A program made the translations under genes and the position numbers. From assembly GCA_965221215.1 (NCBI GenBank), contig OZ244872.1, positions 1,867,601-1,931,600 of the forward strand: 64,000 bases of DNA, given 5' to 3'. The DNA comes from Candidatus Aldehydirespirator sp. Its GTDB lineage: Bacteria; Actinomycetota; Acidimicrobiia; Acidimicrobiales; Aldehydirespiratoraceae. How positions within the stretch are numbered: position 1 is the stretch's first letter; each line of letters begins with the position of its first letter. This document shows positions 16,837 to 26,099 of the stretch, piece by piece. Under the pieces are notes generated by a model. It was given only the letters and a program-made list of their open reading frames with translations, had not been told where the DNA came from and searched no databases.

Positions 16837-17945
16837 TCTCCTTGACCAGCCGTCGCATAACGTCGCTGACATCGGGCACGGCCGGGCCGTCACCGTCGGT
16901 GTCTGCCCCCGATCCGCCGCCACCGCCGTCTCGCAGCCGGCCCGCGAAGCGCTCGGGATCGATCAGTGTCATGAAGGCCAGGAAGTCCTCGTTCTTGCCG
17001 TTGTGGGGCGTGGCCGTCAGCAGCAGCAGATGGCGGGTGCACTCCCGCAGCGTCTCCCCCAGCACGAACCGCTTGGTGCGTCGCAACTCGTCGCCGTAGC
17101 GGTGAGCCGACATCTTGTGGGCCTCGTCCACGATCACCAGATCCCAGTCCGAAGCCTGGACCTTGGCCATCAGCTCCTCAGAGCGCGACATCTGGTCCAC
17201 CCGGGCGATGAGCAGGTTCTTCTCAGTGAACGGGTTGCCGGTTCGAGAGGCTTCCACGGCTGCCCGCGACATCAGGTCGAAGGACAGGCCGAACTTCTCC
17301 CACAACTCGTCCTGCCACTGCTCCACCAAGCTCCCAGGCGCCACGATCAAACAGCGGGCCACATCGCCCCGCAGCACCAACTCACGGATCAACAACCCCG
17401 ACATGATCGTCTTGCCCGCACCCGGATCGTCGGCCAGCAGGAACCTCAACGGCCTCTGGGCAAGCAGCCGGTTGTAGACAGCGTCGATCTGATGCGGGTA
17501 GGGATCAATGTTGGACGTGTCCACCGCTGCGAACGGATCAGCGAGATGGGCCTGTCGCATGCGGCGGGCCTCCGACGCCAGACGGAACATCGCGCCGTCG
17601 GCATCGAAACTCCACCGCCGCTCGGACACCTCCGCCAGCCCGGCCAGGTCGTCGACCAAGATGATCCGGTCACCGAGACCCCCGTCAGCCGTCTTGTACG
17701 TGAGCGTGGCCGAGTTGGCGCCGTGCATCTCCACAGCAACCACCGTCACATCCGCGTCAGCCACCACCCCTGACAGCCGCATCCCCGCAGCAAGATCACC
17801 GAAGCCGAGCGTCACACCGCCGATCCCCCGCACTGAGTCCACCCATGCACCGCTGCCTGCTCCCGGCCGCCGAAACGGCGATTAGATCCGCCAGCAGGCT
17901 ACGCATCCCGTGTGACGCCGACGAGCGGGAACAGGCCCCGGACTG

Positions 17946-20237
17946 TCAGCCGGTCGCGGCGAGACCCCGGCACATGGCGTGGAGGCGCTCCGGGGTGACG
18001 GGCAGCGACGTCACCGCGCCGGGGCGGCCGAGGGCGTCGTCGATGGCGGCAGCCACCACCGCGCCGCAGGCGTTGGTGCCGCCCTCGCCCGCGCCCTTGA
18101 CACCAAGCGGGTTGAGCGGGCTGGGGGCGTCCTCCGACAGCAGGATCTCCAACTCGGGCATCTCGGCCGCGGTGGGCATCAGGTAGTCCATGAACGTGGT
18201 CGCCTGGGGCTGGCCGATCTCGTCGTAGCTGAAGTCCTCGAACAGCGCCCCACCGAAGCCCTGGGCCGCCCCGCCCACGATCTGGCCCTCCACCAGCATC
18301 GGGTTGATGGCCCGACCGACGTCGTAGGCGATCACGTAGCGCTCGAACGACAGGCGGCCCGTGTCGGGGTCGATCACGGCCACGCCGGCGTGCAGCCCGT
18401 AGGGGTAGTTCATGTGGCTGGTGGTGTACCACTCCTCGGCCACCAGCCCGGGCCGGCCCCTTGCGAGGGGCGATGCCGGGCCCAGGGCCGACGCGATCTC
18501 GCCCAGCGTGACGGCCTGGGCGGGCGAGCCGGCCACGCTCACCGCGCCGTCGGTGAGCACCAGGTCGTCTGCGCTGGCCTCGAGCATCTCGGCGGCCGCC
18601 TCTAGGGCCCGTCGTCGCAGCGCCACGCTGGCATCGTGGGTGGCGGTTCCGGCCATCACCGTGGCCCGGCTGGCGAAGGCGCCCATCCCGTAGGACATCT
18701 GATCGGTCTGGCCGTGGACCACCGAGATGCTGTGGAGGCCGACGCCGAGAATCTCCGAGCAGATCTGGGCCATCACCGTCTCGAAGCCCTGGCCCACCGA
18801 CGCCTCTCCGGTGGTGACGGTTACCCGGCCCGAGCCGTCGACCTCGATTCGGCTCCCCGCGAAGGGCCCGAGGCCGGATTTCTCCACGAAGAAGCCGAGT
18901 CCGAGCCCGGCCAGCTCGCCGGCCGCCCGCCGCTGCGCCAGCGACTCGGCCAGCGCCGGATAGTCGACGTGGTCCAACACCCGGTCGAGCATCGTCTCGT
19001 AGCGGCCCGAGTCGTATACCACCGGCGTGCCGAGGGCGTCGATGCCGCGCTCGAAGGGCATCTCGTCGGATCCGATCAGGTTGCGGCGCCGGACCTCGGC
19101 CCGGTCGATGCCCAGTTCGGCTGCAATGGCGTCCATGGCCCGCTCCCGCACGAACGTGCTCTCGTAGCGTCCCGGCGCCCGGTAGGTGCCCGCCGGAGTC
19201 TTGTTGGACAGCCTCACCCGGCCGGTGACGCGATAGTTCGGGATCCGGTACGGGCCGGGCAGCATGGCCGCGGCCAGCGTCGCCACCGTCGCCCCGTGGG
19301 TGCGGACATAGGCGCCCTGGTCGCTGACGAACTCCACGTCGAGGCCCTCGATCACTCCCCGGGCGTCGGTCGCCACCCGCAGCCGGTGCAGCTGATCGCG
19401 CGAATGGTTGGCCGCCACCAGATGCTCCTGACGGTCCTCGATCCACTTCACCGGCCGGCCGAGGCGCAGCGCGGCCAGCGCCACCAGCACGTCCTCGGGG
19501 TACAGCTCGCCCCGCACGCCGAACCCGCCGCCCACATGGGCCTCGCGCAGCACCACCCGCGACGGCGGCAGGCCCAGCATCTGTGCCAGGGCGTCGCGGT
19601 TCTGGAACGGGACCTTGGCCGCGCCCAGAAACTCGAGCGTCTGCGTGTCGCGGTGGTACACGGCCAACGCGCCCCGACACTCCAGGGGCACGCCGGTGTG
19701 GCGCCCCACCCGGAACTCGGCCGCCAGGGTGTGCTCGGCTCGGGCGAAGGCCGCGTCGAGGTCGCCGGTGGCCTCGGTGAAGACGTAGGCCTCGGTGTCG
19801 AGCCCTTTGTCGAAATCACCGAGCGGGCCGGCCGCGTCGAGCACCGGCGGCAGCTCCGCCACCTCCATCACCACCAGCTCGGCGCCGTCCTCGGCGGTGT
19901 ACGGGTCAGCTGCGAACACCGCGGCGACGGGCTCGCCCACGTAGCGCACCCGGCCCTGGGCCAGGATGGGCTGGCGGTAGGGCACCATCTGATCGACGCC
20001 CACCTGCCTGAAGTCGATGGGCGGCACGTCGGCCACGTCGGCGCCGGTCCAGACCGCGGCCACTCCCGGCACGGCCAGGGCCTCGGCGGCATCAATCGAG
20101 GTGATCGTGCCGTGGGCCGCGTGGGATCGCACGACGCGCATGTGGAGTTGGTGCGGCAGGTCGATGTCGGCCACGAACCGTCCCTCGCCCCGCAGCAGGG
20201 GCCGATCCTCAAGGCGGGGAACCGACTCACCGATCAC
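17946..20237 (-). CDS. Xanthine dehydrogenase/CoxL-family molybdopterin-binding large subunit
   Basis: 763 aa. N-terminus IGESVPRLEDRPLLRGEGRFVADI is typical of the family. Lies in an operon with FeS and FAD subunits. Confidence 0.85.
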   Translation of the reverse strand: MIGESVPRLEDRPLLRGEGRFVADIDLPHQLHMRVVRSHAAHGTITSIDAAEALAVPGVAAVWTGADVADVPPIDFRQVGVDQMVPYRQPILAQGRVRYVGEPVAAVFAADPYTAEDGAELVVMEVAELPPVLDAAGPLGDFDKGLDTEAYVFTEATGDLDAAFARAEHTLAAEFRVGRHTGVPLECRGALAVYHRDTQTLEFLGAAKVPFQNRDALAQMLGLPPSRVVLREAHVGGGFGVRGELYPEDVLVALAALRLGRPVKWIEDRQEHLVAANHSRDQLHRLRVATDARGVIEGLDVEFVSDQGAYVRTHGATVATLAAAMLPGPYRIPNYRVTGRVRLSNKTPAGTYRAPGRYESTFVRERAMDAIAAELGIDRAEVRRRNLIGSDEMPFERGIDALGTPVVYDSGRYETMLDRVLDHVDYPALAESLAQRRAAGELAGLGLGFFVEKSGLGPFAGSRIEVDGSGRVTVTTGEASVGQGFETVMAQICSEILGVGLHSISVVHGQTDQMSYGMGAFASRATVMAGTATHDASVALRRRALEAAAEMLEASADDLVLTDGAVSVAGSPAQAVTLGEIASALGPASPLARGRPGLVAEEWYTTSHMNYPYGLHAGVAVIDPDTGRLSFERYVIAYDVGRAINPMLVEGQIVGGAAQGFGGALFEDFSYDEIGQPQATTFMDYLMPTAAEMPELEILLSEDAPSPLNPLGVKGAGEGGTNACGAVVAAAIDDALGRPGAVTSLPVTPERLHAMCRGLAATG

Positions 20238-20271
20238 GACAATCCTGTGCTTCGAGCCGAGCGAGTTCCGA

Positions 20272-20751
20272 TCACGGCCGCATCTGGTCGCGGGCCGCGT
20301 GCACCGAGGTGATGATGTTCTGGTAGCCGGTGCAGCGGCACAGGTTCGAGGCCAGCACCTCGCGCAGCTCTTCGTCGCCTATGTCGGGGCAGGATTCGAG
20401 CACCGAAGTGGCCAGCATCAGGAACCCGGGGGTGCAGAAGCCGCACTGCAGCCCGTGGTGCTCCCAGAAGGCCTGCTGGATGGGATGGAGGCGGTCGCCG
20501 TCGGCGAGGCCCTCCACGGTGCGGATCTCGACGCCGGGGCACTGCACCGCGAACATCAGGCACGACCGCACCGGCTCGTCGTCGACCAACACGGTGCAGG
20601 CACCGCACACGCCGTGCTCGCAGCCGAGATGGGTTCCGGTCAGCCCGCAGTCCTCGCGCAAGGTGTCGGCCAGGGTCTTGCGCGGCTCCACCGCCACCTG
20701 CCGCTGCTCACCGTTCACGGTGAGGGTCAAATCGACACGCTCAGCGTTCAT
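20272..20751 (-). CDS. (2Fe-2S)-binding small subunit (CoxS-like)
   Basis: 159 aa with CEHGVCGACTVLVD.. and NLCRCTGY cysteine motifs. Confidence 0.9.
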   Translation of the reverse strand: MNAERVDLTLTVNGEQRQVAVEPRKTLADTLREDCGLTGTHLGCEHGVCGACTVLVDDEPVRSCLMFAVQCPGVEIRTVEGLADGDRLHPIQQAFWEHHGLQCGFCTPGFLMLATSVLESCPDIGDEELREVLASNLCRCTGYQNIITSVHAARDQMRP

Positions 20752-20754
20752 GTT

Positions 20755-23115
20755 TCAGCCTCCTGTGGCCACGGTCTCGGCCACCGTTGCGGGCACGGCT
20801 TGGCGGATCAGCTCACGCACCCGCGACGGCGTGGCCGGCATCTCGTTCACCTCGATCCCCAGCGGCACCAGCGCGTCCGAGATGGCGTTCAGCACTGCGG
20901 CGGGGGCGCCGATGGCACCGCCCTCGCCCACGCCCTTGGCCCCGGTGATCGAAGCGTCGGTGACGGTCTGGATGTGAGTCACCTCGATGTCGGGAATCTC
21001 GCACGCGGTCGGCGGCAGGAAGTCCATCAGTGAGGCGGTCAACAGGTTGCCGTCGCCGTCCACCACCAACTCCTCGTAGAGGGCGTTGGCGATCCCCTGG
21101 GTGACACCGCCGTGGATCTGCCCCTCCACGATCATGGGGTTGACCTCCACCCCGGCGTCGGCGATCACCACGAAACGCTCCAGGCACACCGCGCCGGTGT
21201 CGGGATCCACCTCGACCAGCGCGGCGTGGCAGGCGTTGGAGAAGGTGCCGGCCGGGTCGTAGGTGGCCGACACCGCTAGTCCGGGCTCCATGTCGCCGGG
21301 CAGGCGGTGGCTGCTGTGATGGGCCAGACGGGCGATCTCGGGCAGGGCCATGCCGATGCTGGTGCCCGCCACGGTGGCCGATCCCTGCTGTAGGCGAATG
21401 TCTTCGGGGCTGGCCTCAAGATGGTGGGCCGCGATCGCCTTGAGCCGCTCGGCCAGACGCTGCCCGGCCAGCTTGGCCGCCCCGCCCGCGATGACCATCG
21501 ACCGGCTGGCGAAGGTGCCCCACCCGTAGGGGGTGGCGTCGGTGTCGCCGTGGACCACCGCCACCTGCCGGGGCTCGACGCCGAGCTCGTCGGCCAGAAG
21601 CTGTGACAGGGCGGTGGCCAGTCCCTGGCCGTGGGGAGAGGCGCCGATGCGGGCGGTTACGTCGCCGGACGGGTTCATCTCGAGCTGCACCGTCTCGTAG
21701 CCGGGGGTGATCTCCATGGCCCGGGCCGCGAAGGCGGGGGTGCCGTAGCCGGTGCGCTCACCGAACACCGAGAACCCGATCCCGAGGTAGCGGCCCTCGG
21801 CGGTGGCCTGCTGCTGGCGGCGGCGGAATCCTTCGAGGTCGACCGCCTCGACGGCCGCTTCGAGGGTCTGTGTGTAGGAGCCGGGATCAACCGGGAGACC
21901 GGTGGGCATCGCGTAGGGGAACTCGGTGACCAGGTTGGCCCGGCGGACCTCGACAGAATCGAGGCCGAGCCGGCGGGCGGCGGTGTCGATGAGGCGCTCC
22001 ATGGCCAGGGTCAGCACCGGGCGCGACACGCCCCGGTAGGGGGCGATGGGGCACAGGTTGGTGGTCACCGCCCGGGAGCGCACCCGGTACTGCGACAGCC
22101 GGTACGGGCCGGGGAGCTCGGCCAGGGCCATGAGGGGCTCCACGCCGAAGGTGACCGGATAGTTGCTGTAGGCCCCGATGTTGCACACGATGTCGGCGTC
22201 GAGGCCGAGCAGGGCGCCGCCGCTGGTGAAGGCGCCGGCAAGCCGGTAGCTGTGGTCTCGGCTGTGCCACGAGGCCAGCAGGTTCTCGGATCGGTCCTCG
22301 ATCCAGGCGATGGTCGTGTTGAGCAGGCGGGCGGCGGCCACCAGCGCCACGTACTCGCGGGGCACGCACATCTTCTGCCCGAAGGCCCCTCCCACCTCGG
22401 GAGTCACCACTCGAAGCTCGGCCTCGGGGACATTCAGGACGTCGGCCAGCGCGGTGCGCAGCATGTGGGGCATCTGGTTGGCGGCGGTGAGCGTGGTGCG
22501 GCCGGTGCCGGGGTCGTGGGCCGCCAGCGCGCCCCGAGCCTCGATGGGCAGCGCGTTCTGCCGGTGGGCCCGGATCTCGATCTCGACGATCTCGTCGGCC
22601 GCCTCGAAAGCCGCTTCGATGTCGTCGGTGGCGAAGCGGGCGTCGAGCACCACGTTGTTGCCCATCGGCATGTCGAGGCCGTCGTGGACTGCGGGCGCGG
22701 CCGGGTCGGTGGCCGCCGCCGCGTCGAGCACCGGGCGGGTCGCCTCGATGTCGACGATCACCTGCTCGGCCAGGTCCTCGGCCTCGGCCCGCGAGCCGGC
22801 CACCACCAGGGCCACCGGCTCGCCCTGATGGCGCACCGCGTCCGACGCCAGCACCGGCGTCTCCAACGGCACGAAGTCGGGCCGGTCGAGCCGGGCGCAG
22901 ATGGTCCCGATCCCCGAGAAGCTGGCCGCGGTAAACACCGGGGCACCGGCCGGGGCCTCGATCGAGCGGATCGTTCCCGCCGGAACCGGGCTGCGCACGA
23001 AGGCGGCATGGCGGGCGCCGGTGTGATTGTCGGCCACATCGGCCACGAACCGGCCCAGTCCCCGCACCAGAGCCGGGTCCTCGAACCGTCGAATCGACCG
23101 GCCCGTCCAGCTCAC
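20755..23115 (-). CDS. Second molybdopterin-binding large subunit (CoxL/aldehyde-oxidase family)
   Basis: The 892-aa ORF is trimmed to the GTG at 23115, which overlaps the upstream stop (GTGA). It begins VSWTGRSIRRFEDPALVRGLGRFVADV. Confidence 0.8.
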   Translation of the reverse strand: MSWTGRSIRRFEDPALVRGLGRFVADVADNHTGARHAAFVRSPVPAGTIRSIEAPAGAPVFTAASFSGIGTICARLDRPDFVPLETPVLASDAVRHQGEPVALVVAGSRAEAEDLAEQVIVDIEATRPVLDAAAATDPAAPAVHDGLDMPMGNNVVLDARFATDDIEAAFEAADEIVEIEIRAHRQNALPIEARGALAAHDPGTGRTTLTAANQMPHMLRTALADVLNVPEAELRVVTPEVGGAFGQKMCVPREYVALVAAARLLNTTIAWIEDRSENLLASWHSRDHSYRLAGAFTSGGALLGLDADIVCNIGAYSNYPVTFGVEPLMALAELPGPYRLSQYRVRSRAVTTNLCPIAPYRGVSRPVLTLAMERLIDTAARRLGLDSVEVRRANLVTEFPYAMPTGLPVDPGSYTQTLEAAVEAVDLEGFRRRQQQATAEGRYLGIGFSVFGERTGYGTPAFAARAMEITPGYETVQLEMNPSGDVTARIGASPHGQGLATALSQLLADELGVEPRQVAVVHGDTDATPYGWGTFASRSMVIAGGAAKLAGQRLAERLKAIAAHHLEASPEDIRLQQGSATVAGTSIGMALPEIARLAHHSSHRLPGDMEPGLAVSATYDPAGTFSNACHAALVEVDPDTGAVCLERFVVIADAGVEVNPMIVEGQIHGGVTQGIANALYEELVVDGDGNLLTASLMDFLPPTACEIPDIEVTHIQTVTDASITGAKGVGEGGAIGAPAAVLNAISDALVPLGIEVNEMPATPSRVRELIRQAVPATVAETVATGG

Positions 23116-23972
23116 GCCAAGGCCTGGCTCAGCGCTCGGGTGACCATGGTTCGCACCAGATCTCTGCGATAGTCGGCCGAACCGTGGATGTCGCCGGTGG
23201 GGTCGACCTCCTCGGCTGCCGCGGCCGCGGCCGCTGCCACCGACTCCGGCGTGGCCGCACGGCCGCTGAGGGCAGCCTCGGCGTGGGTCGCCCGCACCGG
23301 TCCTCCGGCCACGCCGCCCAGCACGATCCGGGCACCGGCGACCGAGTCGCCGTCGCGCTCCACCGCGGCGACGGCCAAGACGATGGCGAAGTCGCCCCAG
23401 CGGCGGGCGAACTCGGCCATGCCGACGCCCCACGAGTCGCCGAGCCTCGGCAGCCGAGCCCCGACCAGCAGTTCGTCGGGCGCCAGGCAGGTGGTGAAGG
23501 CCATCTGCTCGAAGAAGTCGCCTGCGCCCACCGCTCGGTCGCCGTCGGCGCTGCGGCAGTGCATCTCAGCGTCGAGGGCGCAGGCCAGTGCACACCATTC
23601 GGCCGCCGGGTCGGCGTGGGCGAGGCTTCCGCCGAAAGTGCCGCGCACCCGGATCGGGTAGTGGCCCACCCAGCGGCCGGTGCGGGCCAGCAGCACACCC
23701 AGGGGCCCGGGGATCGTGTTGTGTTCCAGATCCAGGTGGCGCACCCGGGCCCCGACGGTCACACCGCCGGGGTCGTCCAGTTCGATGCGGTCCAGTCCGG
23801 GCACCCGGGCGATGTCGACCAGCACCGCGGGTCGGGCCAGCCGGAAGTTCATGGCCGGCACGAGGCTCTGACCGCCGGCCAGCACCTTGGCTTCATCCTG
23901 ATGCTCGCGCAGCAGGCTGAGGGCCTCGTCCAGTGTTTGGGGCGCGTGATAGTCGAAGGCGGCGGGCTTCAC
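23112..23972 (-). CDS. FAD-binding molybdopterin dehydrogenase medium subunit (CoxM-like)
   Basis: MKPAAFDYHAPQTLDEALSLL..KVLAGGQSLVPAMNFRLARP. Confidence 0.85.
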   Translation of the reverse strand: MKPAAFDYHAPQTLDEALSLLREHQDEAKVLAGGQSLVPAMNFRLARPAVLVDIARVPGLDRIELDDPGGVTVGARVRHLDLEHNTIPGPLGVLLARTGRWVGHYPIRVRGTFGGSLAHADPAAEWCALACALDAEMHCRSADGDRAVGAGDFFEQMAFTTCLAPDELLVGARLPRLGDSWGVGMAEFARRWGDFAIVLAVAAVERDGDSVAGARIVLGGVAGGPVRATHAEAALSGRAATPESVAAAAAAAAEEVDPTGDIHGSADYRRDLVRTMVTRALSQALA

Positions 23973-23984
23973 GGCGGCGGCGGG

Positions 23985-24359
23985 TCAGGCGAACCCGAGG
24001 AAGCGCAGCAGGTTCCAGTCGGGCGGGCAGGGGCCGCCGATGCTGACGATCCGCTCGCCCCGGTCGGCCATGACCGCGTGCTCCACTCCGGCGGGCACAT
24101 GGATGACCTGGCCGGCCTCGAACTCGAGCCGGGCGTCGTTGGTGAGGTCGCTCACCGTGCCCCGGCCCTCGAGGCAGAAGATGGTGTCCTCGGATTCGTC
24201 GTGGGTGTGGGGGACGTTCTCCTCGCCCGGCTCGAGCACGACGTAGTTCATGTTGGCCGTCTCGGCGCCCACCCCGGGCCACACCACGAACCGGGCGTCG
24301 CTGGAGATGATGGGCGCATACAGGCTGGGCTCGTCGCGGTGGAACACACGAATAGCCAA
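23985..24359 (-). CDS. Cupin-domain protein
   Basis: 124 aa with PHTHDESEDTIFCLEG..HVPAGVEH. Confidence 0.7.
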   Translation of the reverse strand: MAIRVFHRDEPSLYAPIISSDARFVVWPGVGAETANMNYVVLEPGEENVPHTHDESEDTIFCLEGRGTVSDLTNDARLEFEAGQVIHVPAGVEHAVMADRGERIVSIGGPCPPDWNLLRFLGFA

Positions 24360-24362
24360 GGG

Positions 24363-24737
24363 TCAGCCCTCCAGATGCTCGTACAGGGCCGGGTCGGGCG
24401 GGCAGGGACCACCGATCAGGAGGGCGCCGCCATCTCCGGCCTCGATCCGGTAGGTGGTGCCTGCGTCGATGTGAAGCATTGCCCCCACCCCGATCGCGAA
24501 GCTCTCGCCGCCGTCGGGATCATCCGCGGTCGCCGATCCTTCGCACAGGTGATACACGGCATCCGACGGATGCTTGAGAATGCTGGTCCGCCCGCCGCCG
24601 TCGAGGCGGAGCAGGTGCATAGACCGGTGCACGGCCCCGACCCCGGGCCAGACCACGGCTCGGGCCTGTCCCCCCCGCTCAACGATGGGCAACTCGGGAC
24701 AAGCCTCGCCGCTGTCCAAAACCCGCACTGCGTCCAC
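24363..24737 (-). CDS. Cupin-like protein (tandem paralogue)
   Basis: 124 aa, same size and the same C-terminal GGPCPPD motif as its neighbour. Confidence 0.55.
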   Translation of the reverse strand: MDAVRVLDSGEACPELPIVERGGQARAVVWPGVGAVHRSMHLLRLDGGGRTSILKHPSDAVYHLCEGSATADDPDGGESFAIGVGAMLHIDAGTTYRIEAGDGGALLIGGPCPPDPALYEHLEG

Positions 24738-24885
24738 AACCGAACGTTAGAGGCCAGGCAAGCAGGCAGGCGAATCCGGTTCGTGCCGGCGTGGCCGTGT
24801 CCCGAGCCGACCGGTGAGTCATTTGATCCGACAGGGTGGCGACGGACGCTACCGGCACGGGAGGGCAGTGGTGTATCGTTGGTGT

Positions 24886-25095
24886 ATGGCTAGAACCAAC
24901 ATCGACATCGACGAAGCGGCATGCGCGTCGGTGATGAACAGATACGGGCTGCGCACGAAGCGCGAAGCCGTCAACCTGGCATTGCGAGCTGTCGCTGCTA
25001 AGCCCATGAGCCTTGAGGAGGCCCTGGAGATGCAGGGCACGGGCTGGGAGGGAGACCTCGACGAGATACGCGCCCGCCGGCACGAATGGACCTGA
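24886..25095 (+). CDS. vapB: VapB-type antitoxin (MRTNIDID family)
   Basis: MARTNIDIDEAACASVMNRYGLRTKREAVNLALR. The ORF is trimmed to the ATG at 24886. It overlaps vapC by 10 nt. Confidence 0.8.
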   Translation: MARTNIDIDEAACASVMNRYGLRTKREAVNLALRAVAAKPMSLEEALEMQGTGWEGDLDEIRARRHEWT

Positions 25096-25487
25096 TTCTC
25101 GTCGACACATCAGCCTGGGTGGAGTATCTCCGAGGCACCGACAGCCCGGCTCACGTCGCAACACGAACGGCACTGCTCGGCGATGCCCTCGCCACCTGCG
25201 ATGCGGTTCGAATGGAGCTGCTCGCCGGTGCCCGCAGCGAGCGACACGCCCGCGACTTGAACTCACTGCTGGCGCGCGCTGTCAGCCTCGACACGGCCGC
25301 GACCGACTACGAGTTCGCCGCCTCGATCTACCGGCAGTGCCGCCGAGGCGGCGAAACTCCCCGGTCGTTGATCGACTGCCTGATCGCGGCGGTCGCTATC
25401 CGAACCGGCACACCCGTGCTGCACACCGACCGAGACTTCGACATGATCGCACGGCACAGCCCCCTCGGAACCGTCGCCAACCGCTGA
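25086..25487 (+). CDS. vapC: VapC PIN-domain toxin
   Basis: MDLILVDTSAWVEYL.., ..DCLIAAVAI.., LHTDRDF. Confidence 0.85.
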   Translation: MDLILVDTSAWVEYLRGTDSPAHVATRTALLGDALATCDAVRMELLAGARSERHARDLNSLLARAVSLDTAATDYEFAASIYRQCRRGGETPRSLIDCLIAAVAIRTGTPVLHTDRDFDMIARHSPLGTVANR

Positions 25488-25494
25488 CCTCGGG

Positions 25495-25683
25495 CTACTC
25501 GAGTCTCAGTGCTCGGGTCGGGCAGGCCTCCACCGCCAGTTCAGCGTCCTCGGCCAGTTCGGTGCCGGGCTCGTCGACGAGGACGTGGCAAAGCATGTCG
25601 TCTCGCACCTCGAACACGTCGGGCGCGAGCATCTCGCAGTTCCCGCTGCCGATGCACTTGTCCGCCTCAAGCAAGATCCTCAT
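25495..25683 (-). CDS. Small single-cluster ferredoxin
   Basis: 62 aa: CIGSGNCEMLAPDVF...ACPTRAL. GGAGG lies upstream of the ATG. Confidence 0.8.
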   Translation of the reverse strand: MRILLEADKCIGSGNCEMLAPDVFEVRDDMLCHVLVDEPGTELAEDAELAVEACPTRALRLE

Positions 25684-26099
25684 CCGCCCCCACCTCCGGC
25701 AACCGCAAGAACGTTAGCTCTCTCGTGACCAACCCGACCGTGGGACCGACCAGTGCCGGGCACCTCAGACAGCGGCATTCCGGGCTGCGGTGCGGTAGGC
25801 CGCCAACTCGTCTGAATCAAGTTCTTCCGGTGGAGCGAGGTGGTAGTGGTGCTCACGGGCAATGGTGGCCCACCGTCGAAACTGTGCCGCGACCGCGGCC
25901 TGGCCATGACACCACACGGCCTGCGATCCTCGTTCCGCAGCTGGTGCGCCGAGCAAGGCATCAACCGCGAAGTTGAACCTTCCCGGAAGTAATGCAGGCT
26001 CTTGTTGTGAGTCTCAGCTTGGCGGTCAGCGCGCGGCTCAAGCGCCAACCCGGACTCCCCGAGAACACGAGAGTGAAACGATCCGCGTAGCATCTCATC

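Larger units (their letters stand above)
12750..17842 (-). pseudogene. SNF2-family helicase with a C-terminal DUF3883-like domain, interrupted by IS256 copy 2
   Basis: Upstream part: DDPGAGKT, DLVIVDEAHK, LLLTATPHNG. Downstream part: helicase-C motifs VATDAAGEGVNLQ and RIEQRFGRVHRIGQ, then the C-terminal YFIEVKGHLP..VSRRQV. Removing the IS and one 8-bp TSD gives 3642 nt, a continuous 1213-aa frame (..RRLVKENLRTFEGKRLFPQR..). Confidence 0.85.

Noticed and set aside
20755-23433. 892-aa version of the second large subunit
   Set aside because: The N-terminal 106 codons overlap the FAD-subunit gene and are low complexity. The GTG at 23115 overlaps the upstream stop, and the family-typical N-terminus begins there.
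17899-24893. Long alternative-frame and opposite-strand ORFs over the Mo-hydroxylase operon (593, 558, 338, 513, 569 aa and others)
   Set aside because: Typical high-GC shadow ORFs with Arg/Pro/Gly-rich low-complexity translations. The co-located frames carry clear CoxL/S/M motifs.
25765-25956. 63-aa TTG-start ORF downstream of the ferredoxin region
   Set aside because: No RBS, no motif, a non-canonical start and several competing overlapping frames. This is insufficient support to call a gene.
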